A DNA stretch of 248,000 nt from Andalucia godoyi And28 (lineage: Eukaryota; Protista; Jakobida): assembly GCA_009859145.1 (NCBI GenBank), contig VRVR01000022.1, positions 20,001 through 268,000 of the forward strand. The letters are read 5' to 3'. The notes beneath the pieces were generated by a model. That model had not been told where the DNA came from, did not search any database, and worked only from the letters and a program-made list of their open reading frames with translations. Position 1 is the first letter of the stretch. Each line of letters begins with the position of its first letter. Shown here piece by piece: positions 43,831 to 54,974 of this stretch. The translations under genes and the position numbers were made by a program.

Positions 43831-45447
43831 TTAGAATTCGTTGGAATGGGTTATCTGCAGTTCAAACGATGCTCGGAGTTGAGAGTAGATGGGGCGAAAC
43901 GATGGATCTGGGTCGGCGATCTTGACGAACAGTTCTGAGTCAAAGGACTGGACGAGCTCTGCCAGGGAGGTGCTTGGCGGCGATCGGGATTCTGCAAAGT
44001 GAACACCATGCCATGCTCGAACGGCAGCTCCGAGAGCGGCGAGGTTGGGGTTGCGATTTGCAAGACTGAAAACAGAAAGCTGAAATATATTTGCTGCAAT
44101 TTGGGCAATTTCTGTGCTCTGGGAAGCGCCACCGGCAAAGACAATCTTTGTGCCGGAGTGTTCGCGATCATGAGGATCCGACATGCCCATTGCGATGGAC
44201 CGCACAAGCATGGACACGAGTCGAGTTTCGATCACGGCCCGCAACTTTTCGCCGCAGGACAGTTCAGATACATGCTCCACTGGAATACCATCCTTCACAG
44301 CCACGATTGCCTCCAAGGGTCCCTGTACTGCGCAGTGCGGGGTGATTTCTGGAACCACATAGTGCACTGCAAGGTACTTCCCCGCGGATGCTGCAGACAA
44401 TCTCAAGAATGAATCGGTCTGCAGGGGGTCAGGTACAATCGAACGACGCGAAAGATCGCCGTTTGCGAAGCATAGCAGCGGGAAATACAAGAGTTGCGAT
44501 TCAGTAAACGGAGACGAAAACACATGGCCAAACGACTCTTGGGGTCGATAAGCACCAGTGAAGAAGGCGATTGTATCGGAAGTGCCCATTGACAAGGAGA
44601 TACCAGATGGATTGAAAAGCCCAGAGGAGAAATTGTCACCAGTGCCGACAACCACTCCAGGGCTCTGTTGATCCTCTGGCAATTTCAGCAGCTTACAGAA
44701 GCACGGACTTAGAACACCCGCGAGCTGGGAGCCGTCTGCACAAGACGGAAGCAAGCTTGCGAGCTGTGGAGAGATCTTATCCAGCAGAGGTCGGAACCAG
44801 TAGCGGTGCTGAACATCGAACAGGTTTGTTCCCGATGCATCGCCAAAGTCGATTGGAGCATACGAGCCTGTCAACACGGAGCATACAAAAGAAGAGACCA
44901 AATCAATGTGAACCAAATCCCGCACAGCATCCTTGCTCTGAGCTCGCAGAAACTTCACGATTTGACTTGCGGAAAACCGTTCGTGGGCTGTCGACCCGGT
45001 GATGACCGCAAGTTCGGACGCCCCACCGACCATTGACTCGAGCTCTTCACACTCTTTCCACGTTGAAGAGTCCATCCAGACTGGCGAGGAATAGGGAAGC
45101 AGCTGTGCGAAATCCTCCAGAGTCGTCGCAGCGGGGGTCAGCCGTTTGGCCCAGTACACCGTTCCGTGCATCTGTGCCGACACCGAAACTGCGCCTAGTT
45201 GCATGTCTTTACATGATTCACCTATTCTGCGGAACAGCTCAAACAATGCAGAAATCCACAGAAGAGGTGAAGAATGGACAACACGCTTGTCCGCACTCAG
45301 GAACTGCACCCCGCACGCCAGCCCAAAGGACGCAAACAACGGATCGTCAAACGAGATGCTTTCGACCGCCGTGATTCGTCGATGCAGAGTGTCAAACACG
45401 CATCCTTTGATGGACTGCGTCGAAAGGTCGATTCCCAGCGTCTTCAT
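43831..45447 (-). CDS. XYLB: xylulose kinase
   Basis: LGIDLSTQSIK, SAQMHGTVYW, PVWMDSST, ITGSTAHERF, GDN. Confidence 0.85.
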   Translation of the reverse strand: MKTLGIDLSTQSIKGCVFDTLHRRITAVESISFDDPLFASFGLACGVQFLSADKRVVHSSPLLWISALFELFRRIGESCKDMQLGAVSVSAQMHGTVYWAKRLTPAATTLEDFAQLLPYSSPVWMDSSTWKECEELESMVGGASELAVITGSTAHERFSASQIVKFLRAQSKDAVRDLVHIDLVSSFVCSVLTGSYAPIDFGDASGTNLFDVQHRYWFRPLLDKISPQLASLLPSCADGSQLAGVLSPCFCKLLKLPEDQQSPGVVVGTGDNFSSGLFNPSGISLSMGTSDTIAFFTGAYRPQESFGHVFSSPFTESQLLYFPLLCFANGDLSRRSIVPDPLQTDSFLRLSAASAGKYLAVHYVVPEITPHCAVQGPLEAIVAVKDGIPVEHVSELSCGEKLRAVIETRLVSMLVRSIAMGMSDPHDREHSGTKIVFAGGASQSTEIAQIAANIFQLSVFSLANRNPNLAALGAAVRAWHGVHFAESRSPPSTSLAELVQSFDSELFVKIADPDPSFRPIYSQLRASFELQITHSNEF

Positions 45448-45634
45448 AGTTCATACGCGCTCTCCTGTTCCTGCTTCCTGCAGCTCTCGCGTCGCTCTCG
45501 ATCGATGAAATGTGATGGAGACAAGAAGACTGTAGTCGTGGTCCGTTGAGTCCCCCGTTTTCCCCCTCGTCGCAAGATCCGCAAAAAACGGAAGTCGACA
45601 AGTGGCATTTCGCCCAAGAACGACCGACTGTACT

Positions 45635-45708
45635 GCGAAAGTAGCTCAGCTGGGAGTAGCGTTCGACTGAAGATCGAAAGGTCGCGTGTTCAATCCACGC
45701 CTTTCGCA
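45635..45708 (+). tRNA. tRNA-Phe(GAA)
   Basis: GCGAAAG/CTTTCGC acceptor stem; TTCGA-CTGAAGA-TCGAA anticodon arm; GTTCAATCC T-loop. Confidence 0.95.
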
Positions 45709-45894
45709 AATGTTTTTTGTTTTTCGTTTTATATTATCATCATCTTCCCCGACCGTCTTTATTCATGGGATCCATCCTTTTTCATTTGTTTTCTTTTTCT
45801 TTTTCTTTTTCTTCCGGGTTCCTCAAGACAAGGCGTCATTCTGGCTTGGGTTTTCACAAGAAAGAGGGGTTTGGTGGGGGGAGAAGAAAGTTTG

Positions 45895-48615
45895 ATGGAT
45901 CTGGAAAAGGTTGGTTCGGGCGATGTGTCTTCCTCGGAGAAGAAGGCCGAGTCGGCGTCTGTAAACCGAGCTGAACATCCTTCGTCGATGGACTCTCATT
46001 CGTCTTCTCCATCTTCTGTGTCCCACTCGGATTCGGAATCAGACAATGGAAACGACGTGTCGCGCAAATCGTCTCGTTCCAGGCACGGGATTCAAAAGGG
46101 ACCGTCGGATTCTGAGCCGCGGTCGAGCAGAAAAGGAAGGAAACGCGCGGCGAATTCGCCTTCTGAGAACGAACCATCTCCGAAGCGAGAGAGAATCGCG
46201 TTCATGTCGGAGCGACAGCAAATCCGGTTCTTGCTGGAAAGTACAATGAAGGAGGAAGAGTCGTTGTTGCCGGCTGCTGCCCTCAGCACGAACTTGTCGT
46301 CGTCAGCTGCAGGGAGCAATGCTGTTTCTGGAGTTAATGCGGATGCAAGTGCGAGTGTGAGTGTGAGTGGTAACAGTGTTAGTGCTGGTGCAGGTGCTGC
46401 TGGCGTATCACTGAGGGAGAGTGCTGAGTGCCCATTGCAGACGCATTGGGGAGTCTCGCTGACCAGCTTGCTTGCTCCACCGTCAGAAGAAAAGGAAGTT
46501 CCGTACCCGTCTGATATTACAGGATGGGTGGAGAGGCGCAGGCAGTTGTGGAAGCGGTCTGCCAATGATCCCGAGTCTTACTATTTCATGTACCCACATC
46601 CGGGGGACAAGATCAAGCGCGGGCCTCTGAACGACAAGGAAAGAGATACCATGAAGAACACTGTGCAGCTGTGGGAGGATTGGTCTGGAAAGTCCTGCGA
46701 AGGCGTGTGGGGTATCCTCAGTACGACAATGGTGAGCCGCACGGGAATGCAGTGGAAGAGCTACTTTGACAGTCTTGCGCTCGAAGCCTCGATTGCTGCC
46801 AACTCGACATCACCATCTGCCTCCAGCGTCGTGGTGCCGACGACAAAGAAAGGCAAGGAAAGAGATTCGAATATCCATAATCCAGCGACACCAACAAGCA
46901 CGGGACAGATGTCCTCGTTTGTGTCGTCGTCGTCGTCCAACGGTGGTGCGTCCGATAGCGAGATGAAGGGTCCAGAAATTGCGAGAAGATCTAGTTCTGC
47001 AAGCAACAAGAGCCGGCGAGACGATGATTCTACCCCGGTTTCGTCTTCTCCGTCAACATCCAAAGCACAAGACAGGCAAAAACTCAAGTTGGAGGATCCA
47101 AAGTCCACCGCCGCGCCCTCACCCTCCTCCGCAACGGCAAACGCAGTTTCGTTTTCATCAAAACCCAGTGCGTCCGCTCCAATGGACATCGATGACGAAA
47201 TATCCCATCATGAAGAAGCTCCGAAAACAGGTCGCTCGGCCTCCGCGTCATCCAGCTCGGAGAAACGCGCATCCGTCGAGTCTTCTTCTGTAAAATCGGA
47301 AGGACAATCCGATTTGGAAAGAATCCTCATGGCGCAGGAGACGCTGATGGTGGAAGTGATGGAATCCACGAAGCGGCACTCCCCGGCTGCCGAATCCGTT
47401 GCCAAGTCTGCTTCGAATAGCAATACCGCAATCAGCAAGGATCCTGCGGCGTCATCCAACGGACCAGTTCCAGTTCCAGTTTCAGCTCCGGCTCCAGCTC
47501 CAGCTCCGGCTCCGGCTCCGGTTGCGACTCCTGTTCTCCAAAAGTCAACGTCGGCAAATGATGTGAAGGCTGCAGAAGAGAAGAAAGAGAAGCGAAAGAA
47601 GATGCAAAGAGAGAGCAGGACTCTTTTGGAGAAGGCAAAGAACGATCGTGAAGTCCAAAATGTACGCGAAAATCAGGAACGCGAGAGAGAAAGAAGGCGC
47701 GAGTGGCCGTATGCTTCGAAGCGGACGACTCCTCTGCGGGACTCGCAATACTGCTGTGTGCAGATGACCGGGCATTATGACGGTATCATATCCGTGAAGA
47801 TTGCAGTCACGTCAGTTTCGGAGCCCAAGTCTGGAGCGGATATCGCGCTTTTTGACAACAAGGAATTTTCGTACGGATTCCACCTCGCTGTGAACGAGGA
47901 CGATTCGTCTTCGGACAGCGACGGCGAGAAGCCTTCAAAGCCTGTTGCGCTCGAGAACGCTGTGTTTTACGAATTCTGCAACGAGGACGTTGCGGCTTAT
48001 GATACTGCCAAATGCGAGCAACAAATTGCAGAGATTGATCGCCTTGTGGCTGTGCTTATGGAGCCCCTGAAGAAGCTGCGCTCCGGCGGGACTCCTCAAG
48101 ACGAAGATAGGCAAGCCCGACTCAGGGTCCTTTCGAGTCGCAAGTCCCTGCTTCTCGAGAGAAGAGACCGGATCTGGCTGGATGCAGGAGCACCCGAAGA
48201 AGAGTTGATCGAATGGAAACCAAAATTCAGGTTTGCGAGCATTACAGAATCTCTCCAGCTCATCAAAGCAAAGGTCGATGTGCCCTATGCGACGTCGGGC
48301 ACCACACACCCCATTGACCCCCCTGTTTCCATACAGGAGCGTTCGTATACTCTCAACGCAAAATACCGATTCGGCGCAACTCCATTCCACAAGGCCTGCT
48401 TGGAAATCGAGCACCAGGAATACCTGCTGCAGGATGTTGCGAACATCAGTGCGGCCAAGAAGCGCGACGAAGATGAATTGTTGCGAAACGTCGATCTCGA
48501 AAGACACGATCTCAGAAGACGATTGAGGGTCGAGTCCGAAACCAGAGATTTGCTGAGATCCTGGGACGCACAAGGGCGCCCTGTCTTTGACTGGGCACAG
48601 ATCATCAGCAAGTAA
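45895..48615 (+). CDS. Ser-rich nuclear protein of unknown function
   Basis: long ORF, low-complexity N-half, possible Myb-like helix (W..W..SG..WGILS). Confidence 0.6.
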   Translation: MDLEKVGSGDVSSSEKKAESASVNRAEHPSSMDSHSSSPSSVSHSDSESDNGNDVSRKSSRSRHGIQKGPSDSEPRSSRKGRKRAANSPSENEPSPKRERIAFMSERQQIRFLLESTMKEEESLLPAAALSTNLSSSAAGSNAVSGVNADASASVSVSGNSVSAGAGAAGVSLRESAECPLQTHWGVSLTSLLAPPSEEKEVPYPSDITGWVERRRQLWKRSANDPESYYFMYPHPGDKIKRGPLNDKERDTMKNTVQLWEDWSGKSCEGVWGILSTTMVSRTGMQWKSYFDSLALEASIAANSTSPSASSVVVPTTKKGKERDSNIHNPATPTSTGQMSSFVSSSSSNGGASDSEMKGPEIARRSSSASNKSRRDDDSTPVSSSPSTSKAQDRQKLKLEDPKSTAAPSPSSATANAVSFSSKPSASAPMDIDDEISHHEEAPKTGRSASASSSSEKRASVESSSVKSEGQSDLERILMAQETLMVEVMESTKRHSPAAESVAKSASNSNTAISKDPAASSNGPVPVPVSAPAPAPAPAPAPVATPVLQKSTSANDVKAAEEKKEKRKKMQRESRTLLEKAKNDREVQNVRENQERERERRREWPYASKRTTPLRDSQYCCVQMTGHYDGIISVKIAVTSVSEPKSGADIALFDNKEFSYGFHLAVNEDDSSSDSDGEKPSKPVALENAVFYEFCNEDVAAYDTAKCEQQIAEIDRLVAVLMEPLKKLRSGGTPQDEDRQARLRVLSSRKSLLLERRDRIWLDAGAPEEELIEWKPKFRFASITESLQLIKAKVDVPYATSGTTHPIDPPVSIQERSYTLNAKYRFGATPFHKACLEIEHQEYLLQDVANISAAKKRDEDELLRNVDLERHDLRRRLRVESETRDLLRSWDAQGRPVFDWAQIISK

Positions 48616-48777
48616 ATCCACAAGCACACAAGCACTGCCCGCTGCCGCATAGCTCAACCCATTCGTGGACTTCGCCCCTCCCCAAACCCAACATCAGGAT
48701 CTCCTATGCAGTTGACCATTTTGTGCATCGACGTTGAGCATCAAACAATATCATACCAGACGTTTGTTTGTCTGAAC

Positions 48778-48925
48778 CCAAAAACATCTCATGCCTCCAA
48801 AGAGGGATCTTCCCAACAAACTCAAACCGGCCATTCCCGGAGATACCGAGAACCAAGAAACTCGTGGTTGCGATGACCCTCTGATGCAGAGCAATCTGCA
48901 TTTGAAAGCATTAGTACTCGCCCCC
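48778..48925 (-). repeat. unclassified dispersed repeat D (copy 2)
   Basis: aligns to 140828-140975. Confidence 0.6.
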
Positions 48926-49267
48926 AATTAAAGAAGCAAAACAAAACATGTGGCTTGGATCCGTCTTCGGTGACAGCCCAGTCCGATGATCTGCTGTATT
49001 TTCATGTCTTTGGCGAGCGAGCAGTGAAAACACGGAGACGTCTCATGCACACCTGCTGTAAGATCTCTCAGCACCTTTGGGTATTTCGCTCTTGGTTTTC
49101 AGAGAGCCAAAACACCTTTTCTTCAGCTTTATTTTTCAATGGTTTTTTGGTTTTTTGGTTTTTTGGTTTTTCTGAAAATCCCATTTTCTTCTCGTACTTT
49201 TCTTCTTCTTCTTTTAGATACATACATTGTTTGAATTAGCAAGTCATAGCGGAGCTTAACGAAAACC

Positions 49268-51316
49268 ATGACGAAGAAACGGTCGAATCCCTCTGAGCCG
49301 ACAGATGAGGCAATTGAGCCCAGTTCTGAGCATCGGCCTTCTAAAAAGGCAAAAGTAGCTGCTGCTTCGGCGGGTACTGCGGAGAAGCAGCCTGCATTGC
49401 GAAACTATGTCGAACCGGATGCGGCGGATGTGGACACTGCGTCAAAGCCGAGGAAAGTTGGAGTGAAGAAGTCGAGAAATTCCAAGCAGGATATTCAGAT
49501 CGAGACGTACAACGCAGAGACTGCAGAAGAGGAATTCGCGACCAAGAAGCCGTCTTCTGCGAAGCAAGTGCACAGACAACAACACAAGGCCGATGAAGAC
49601 CAAGCGAAAGTGGTGGTGGAGGAGGAGAACAAAAAGAAGAACGAAAACGAGAAGGGGGTCGGTGCTGTGGAATCGACAAAGCTGAGTACCGGAACAGGCA
49701 AACTTGCAGAATCGATCTTTTCAAACAAGTCGTTCACAGAGCTGGATCTTTCACCTGAGACGCTTCGTGCGATCAGGGACATGAATTTCACGACGATGAC
49801 GGAGATCCAGGCTCGGTCGATTCCTGCTCTGATGGCTGGTCGCGATGTTCTTGGTCAGGCAAAGACGGGTTCTGGAAAGACGCTGGCGTTTTTGATTCCG
49901 ATTGTCGAATTGCTGCGGAAGGCTCGGTTCATGCCGAGAAACGGCACGGGGACCATCATCATTGCACCGACCCGCGAGCTCGCCCTCCAGATTTACAATG
50001 TTGTGAGAGAAGTTTGCAAGTATCATTCACAGACTCACGGAATTGTTATGGGAGGCGCGAATCGATCGAATGAGGCAGACAAGCTGACGAAAGGAGTCAA
50101 TATTTTGGTTGCGACTCCGGGACGCTTGTTGGATCATTTGAAGAACACGAAGGGATTTGTGTTTAAAAACCTGCTTGCACTTGTCATTGATGAAGCAGAC
50201 CGTATCTTGGAAGTGGGTTTCGAGGAGGAAATGCATGAGATTATGCGAATTCTTCCTCCGCACCAAAAGAATTTGTCGTATGCAGGAAAGAACGAGGCTC
50301 TCAAGTCCAATGAATATGACAATGCGAACGAAGACGACTCGGACAAGAAGAAGAACAGTATGGGGAGCGAGTTCCGTCAAACTGTCTTGTTTTCTGCGAC
50401 CCAAACGACCAAGGTCGAGGATCTAGCGCGTGTCTCCTTCGCTGGAACAAAGCCGCCATTGTATATTTCTGTGGACGAGGACAAGTCCACGTCGACGGCA
50501 GCCAATCTTGAACAAGGATATGTTGTGTGTTCCGCGGACAAGCGATTTTTGCTGTTGTACACCTTCTTGAAGAAGAATGCAAAGGGAAAGAAGATCATTG
50601 TGTTCTTGTCATCCTGCAATTCTGTGAAGTTCCATGCTGAACTGCTGAACTACATTGACTTGCCCGTCGTTGATCTCCATGGAAAGCAAAAGCAAAGCAA
50701 GCGCACCAAGACCTTTTTCGAGTTTTGCAATGCAGAATCCGGCATTTTGCTGTGCACGGACGTCGCAGCTCGAGGTCTCGACATCCCAGAGGTCGACTGG
50801 ATTGTCCAGTATGATCCTCCAGATGATCCAAAGGAGTACATCCACCGTGTCGGAAGAACCGCTCGTGCCGGCGGCCGCGGACGTGCCCTTCTCTTCTTGC
50901 TTCCGGAAGAGCTCGGGTTCCTGAAGTACCTCAAGGAGGCAAAGGTTCCGCTGAACGAGTATGAGTTTCCGGAAAACAAGATTGCGAATGTGCAGGCTCA
51001 GCTCGAAAAGCTCGTGGAAAAGAACTACTACCTCCACCAATCTGCGAAGGATGCGTACCGATCCTATCTTCAATCGTATGCATCGCACTCGCACAAGGAG
51101 ATCTTCAACGTGCACGCTCTCGATCTTCAAAAGATTGCACATGGTTTTGGATTTTCCGTTCCTCCGCGTGTTGACTTGAAAATTGCAGACTCTGGAAAGG
51201 GAAAGGCCATCCGGAAGCGTGGAGGCGGAGGCGGATTTGGTGCTTCTGACTGGGGAAAGAAGCACTTTTCGAAACACGCAGGTGGCCCCTCGTCGTCGGA
51301 CAGAAGGTCGCGATAA
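49268..51316 (+). CDS. DDX18: DEAD-box helicase HAS1/DDX18
   Basis: [45 protein letters not shown]. Confidence 0.95.
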   Translation: MTKKRSNPSEPTDEAIEPSSEHRPSKKAKVAAASAGTAEKQPALRNYVEPDAADVDTASKPRKVGVKKSRNSKQDIQIETYNAETAEEEFATKKPSSAKQVHRQQHKADEDQAKVVVEEENKKKNENEKGVGAVESTKLSTGTGKLAESIFSNKSFTELDLSPETLRAIRDMNFTTMTEIQARSIPALMAGRDVLGQAKTGSGKTLAFLIPIVELLRKARFMPRNGTGTIIIAPTRELALQIYNVVREVCKYHSQTHGIVMGGANRSNEADKLTKGVNILVATPGRLLDHLKNTKGFVFKNLLALVIDEADRILEVGFEEEMHEIMRILPPHQKNLSYAGKNEALKSNEYDNANEDDSDKKKNSMGSEFRQTVLFSATQTTKVEDLARVSFAGTKPPLYISVDEDKSTSTAANLEQGYVVCSADKRFLLLYTFLKKNAKGKKIIVFLSSCNSVKFHAELLNYIDLPVVDLHGKQKQSKRTKTFFEFCNAESGILLCTDVAARGLDIPEVDWIVQYDPPDDPKEYIHRVGRTARAGGRGRALLFLLPEELGFLKYLKEAKVPLNEYEFPENKIANVQAQLEKLVEKNYYLHQSAKDAYRSYLQSYASHSHKEIFNVHALDLQKIAHGFGFSVPPRVDLKIADSGKGKAIRKRGGGGGFGASDWGKKHFSKHAGGPSSSDRRSR

Positions 51317-51620
51317 ATTTTTTTTTATTTAAAAAGTAGAATTTCTGCGGGTGCTTACTCTTGCGTCACGTACTGGGATAAAATACACTGTGTCTGGATC
51401 AGTTGTGGGAGAGGTGGGGGTCGTCTTGTGAACAGCATGCGTCGTGAGCAGCAAGAGAGGACGGAGATGCAAGAGAACCAGGCCTCCATCCGCTGTATAA
51501 ATACATTAAAAAAACCACCACAAACAAAAATTGCACGATACAACATGCATGAGAGGCACGTAATGAGGCCTTGATTATGAAAGTCATTAACCTAATACAA
51601 GGCAGGAGAACTCTCCCCCG

Positions 51621-51660
51621 AAAAAAAAACCCTAGCCACGGAACCTCACTAGGGTTTTTT
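51621..51660. promoter_or_regulatory. inverted pair of telo-box-like AAACCCTAG motifs upstream of RPS6
   Basis: AAAAAACCCTAG ... CTAGGGTTTTTT. Confidence 0.45.
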
Positions 51661-52142
51661 GCACGTCCCGTTCATTCCTCATTTGCCATATGATTTTGAA
51701 TTTTTCTGCGCAGAAAAGTTATTCGATTCTTATTTTGTTTTTCTTGTGTGTTTTGTTTGCTTGTGTTGGCGTAGAAAAGGTTTGTATTCTATTATTATCC
51801 TTCTTTTCATTCTGCTGGTCTCGGGATTCGTCGTGCTGCACAGCTTGTTGAAATTCGCGTTTTCTTTTCCAATTCGCTCGATAGTCTTGTGTTTGTCATC
51901 ATTCTTCTGTCGTCGGAATTGGTCAAGGCGAGATTTTTTTCAACAGTAGTGGTTGTTGTCGTTGCTGTCATTTCGTCTTTGATACACTCTGTCTGCAGCA
52001 GTCGCTCTATCCGTGCATCCCCTTCTTCTTTTTTTCCCCCTGCCGTTTTCCGAGAACTGTCGACTAATCTTGTTTATTGAACCCGCAACCTTTGTGTTCG
52101 TGTTTTTCTGCATTTATCTTTCCGACTCGCTTTTTAGAAACA

Positions 52143-52805
52143 ATGAAGCTCAACTTTGCGTACCCTGCCACCGGAGCACAGAAGACCATCGAGGTCGATG
52201 ATGACAAGAAGTTGTCTCATGTGTACGACAAGCGCATTGCCCAGGAAGTGGTTCTTGACTTTTTGGGAGGTGAGTTCACCGGCTATGTTGCCAAGATTAC
52301 CGGAGGACATGATAAGCAAGGTTTTGCCATGCGCCAGGGAGTTCTCGCCGCATCGCGTGTGAGCCTTTTGCTTCCCATTGGTCTTGGAAACCGCCGTGGT
52401 CGCAAGGGTGAGCGTGCCCGCAAGGCCGTTCGTGGATGCATTGTTGCCCACGATGTTGCCGTGCTGCACCTCGTTATTGTCAAGAAGGGACCTTCTGAAA
52501 TCTCCGGATTGACTGACCGCGTTGTTCCCCGCCGCCTTGGACCCAAGCGTGCGTCGAACATCCGCAAGCTCTTCTTGCTGAGCAAGGGAGACGATGTCCG
52601 CAAGTACGTTGTCAAGCGCACGATCAACAAGGACGGAAAGACCCGCCCCAAGATCAAGGCCCCGAAGATCCAGCGTCTGGTTACCCCCCAGAGACTTCAG
52701 CACAAGCGCCAGATCATTGCAGCCAAGAAGCAGCGCCACGTCCGTGCCGCTGAATCCGCAAAGGCATACGCTGATATGCTCTCCAACCGCAAGGTCCAAG
52801 CGTAA
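52143..52805 (+). CDS. RPS6: 40S ribosomal protein S6 (eS6)
   Basis: [40 protein letters not shown]. Confidence 0.98.
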   Translation: MKLNFAYPATGAQKTIEVDDDKKLSHVYDKRIAQEVVLDFLGGEFTGYVAKITGGHDKQGFAMRQGVLAASRVSLLLPIGLGNRRGRKGERARKAVRGCIVAHDVAVLHLVIVKKGPSEISGLTDRVVPRRLGPKRASNIRKLFLLSKGDDVRKYVVKRTINKDGKTRPKIKAPKIQRLVTPQRLQHKRQIIAAKKQRHVRAAESAKAYADMLSNRKVQA

Positions 52806-53105
52806 AGAAGAAGAAATTTGTTTCTACAATTAGAAGCTGTTGTGTTGTCGTGTCCTTTATTTTTTTCATTAATTATAGTGTGCTTCGGGTTTGGATATTT
52901 TTGCCTGGATTCTCGAAGACGGAAGATCGTACATTTGCTTTTCTTTTATTTATTGTATTTGTATTTGTATTTGTATTTGTATTTTTTCCACCGAACAGTT
53001 TTTAGCTTGGTTCTTTGGTTCTCGGAATGGATTGTGTTCTCGCAAAGATTTTCAGGGTTTTTGCGTTCTGCTAAGTGTTGGCATTGTTCTCATACGAATG
53101 GGAAG

Positions 53106-53555
53106 ATGCGCAGCCCTTCCCCGCTTTCACGGCAACTCGCCATCACGCTGAATCCGCTGGAACCCGAGTCGTCTGCATCTCGCGCGACGCCGATAGGAAG
53201 TGCCGTGTCCCTGGACGGATTGCAGGAATCTGCAAATCAGCCACTCAGTGTGCTGGATGCCATTAAACGGGAGTTTCCGGATCTGTACGAGCTTCATGCA
53301 GAGCGTATTGGGTTTTCACTGCTTGCCATCACCGACTGGCATCTGAATCCGCCAGCAGACGTGACCATCCGTGCGTCAAAGGGCCTTCTCACTCATGTCA
53401 GCCGAGTGCTCTTTCGCAACCCGTGGGTTTCCGTGCTAGATTACGCAAACACCGTATGCAAGATCACTTCGCAGTATCTTACGCGAGTATACAGCTCACC
53501 TCTTGCGGATGAATCACCTCATCGATTAACGCCAGACCCCCCATCGCCGCTTTGA
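53106..53555 (+). CDS. hypothetical protein
   Basis: 150-codon ORF with protein-like composition. Confidence 0.35.
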   Translation: MRSPSPLSRQLAITLNPLEPESSASRATPIGSAVSLDGLQESANQPLSVLDAIKREFPDLYELHAERIGFSLLAITDWHLNPPADVTIRASKGLLTHVSRVLFRNPWVSVLDYANTVCKITSQYLTRVYSSPLADESPHRLTPDPPSPL

Positions 53556-53672
53556 TCCCTCATGAACCGGGTCCGAGACCGCGATCGAAACTGCGATCGA
53601 GAAGACGCGATTAAGGACAAAAAAGTGTGGTAACAGCAGTCAATCAAGAAAGAGCCTCTCTCATATATGTAA

Positions 53673-53722
<50 letters not shown>

Positions 53723-53798
53723 TTAAAATTGCAACGAGATGAAACAGCTCGAAACGAAAAAGAAGAAGAAAAAAGGCGGCGAAGAACTATGTAATGAG

Positions 53799-54674
53799 CT
53801 AGATTAGGAAAGGAATGAGGGCTTTGCGAGATGGAGGAAACTCGCCCGGGAATGTTCGAAGATACCATCTGCGGGTAGCGAGGGAGCGAGGAAGAAACGT
53901 GGAGAGACCGAAAAGAGCCCACAGAACCCCAATGAGGGATGCTGTGGCGATGGCATATCCAATCCATTCGACAAGTTCACCAAAGTAGTTTGGGTTCGTC
54001 ACGAGTCGAAAGAGCCCTGCGTGCGGAACCTTGTATGTGGCGCTGCGGGGCGTGAGAGCCTGTGACTCGGACTCGGGTTGCGACTTTGGATCGGAGGTCG
54101 CTGCTGCCTTCCGTAGTTCCCGAAGCGAATAGTCGGCCCAGCGGTTGATTACGTATCCAATCACAAAGAGAAGAGAGCCAAGAATGAAGCACGGCGAATA
54201 AAAGTAGGAATTCCCGTAGTCGGTGCTTGCCAAATGAAGAGCAAATCCCGCGGAGAAGGTGTAATTTGGAATCATTCCCCCGATGCATATCCCAAGCGGG
54301 GTCGTTTTCGCCGAATACCGCATCGTAAGCGGATGGACTAGTCCGCGATGGAGATAATGTGCGACGTAATATCCGACAAGAACGATTGCAGGCACATCAA
54401 CTTGCCCACTTTGAACCACAAGCCCCACAAACAGTGCCGGAGTAAGCAGCGCACCCGGCGGAAAGTCCGACAAAATATGCGCAAGTCGTTGCGGAATCTC
54501 GATTTGGCTTGATCTGCCCGCCGTTTCCGCCGCCGTCGCAAATTTCCCATAATTCGCCGGCTTCCCAAACTGGACCACAAACGACGAAACAATCAGAATC
54601 GCCGCGAATCCACAGAGTGCATAATACACGATTGAAACCGTTGTACAACACAAAAGAAAAAACGGCTCCGCCAT
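53799..54674 (-). CDS. steroid 5-alpha reductase (DET2/SRD5A1-like)
   Basis: YGK, HYLHRG, NPNYFGELVEWIGYA, FPPSRKALIPF. Confidence 0.85.
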   Translation of the reverse strand: MAEPFFLLCCTTVSIVYYALCGFAAILIVSSFVVQFGKPANYGKFATAAETAGRSSQIEIPQRLAHILSDFPPGALLTPALFVGLVVQSGQVDVPAIVLVGYYVAHYLHRGLVHPLTMRYSAKTTPLGICIGGMIPNYTFSAGFALHLASTDYGNSYFYSPCFILGSLLFVIGYVINRWADYSLRELRKAAATSDPKSQPESESQALTPRSATYKVPHAGLFRLVTNPNYFGELVEWIGYAIATASLIGVLWALFGLSTFLPRSLATRRWYLRTFPGEFPPSRKALIPFLI

Positions 54675-54974
54675 TGCGTATGTATATATATATGTGTGTG
54701 TATGTATATGTATATATTCTCGGGAGTGTCTCAACTCCCAAATCACCACCTCGAAGTCGACAGATCACACACACACTTACACCAAATACCAAAAGGAGGA
54801 ATTGAAAAAAAAAATGTCAAAATTCGGACATTGCGCCACTGGAGTTCATGACTACGACCAGCGGCAGGTTTTTTTGTTGTTCTTTTGTTTTTACGACTGA
54901 GAAAAAAGAGTGCGCATTCAAAAAAAGCTGACGGAGAATGCTCAATAAGAAGGTGCAGGTCCGTTTGGCCGCTT

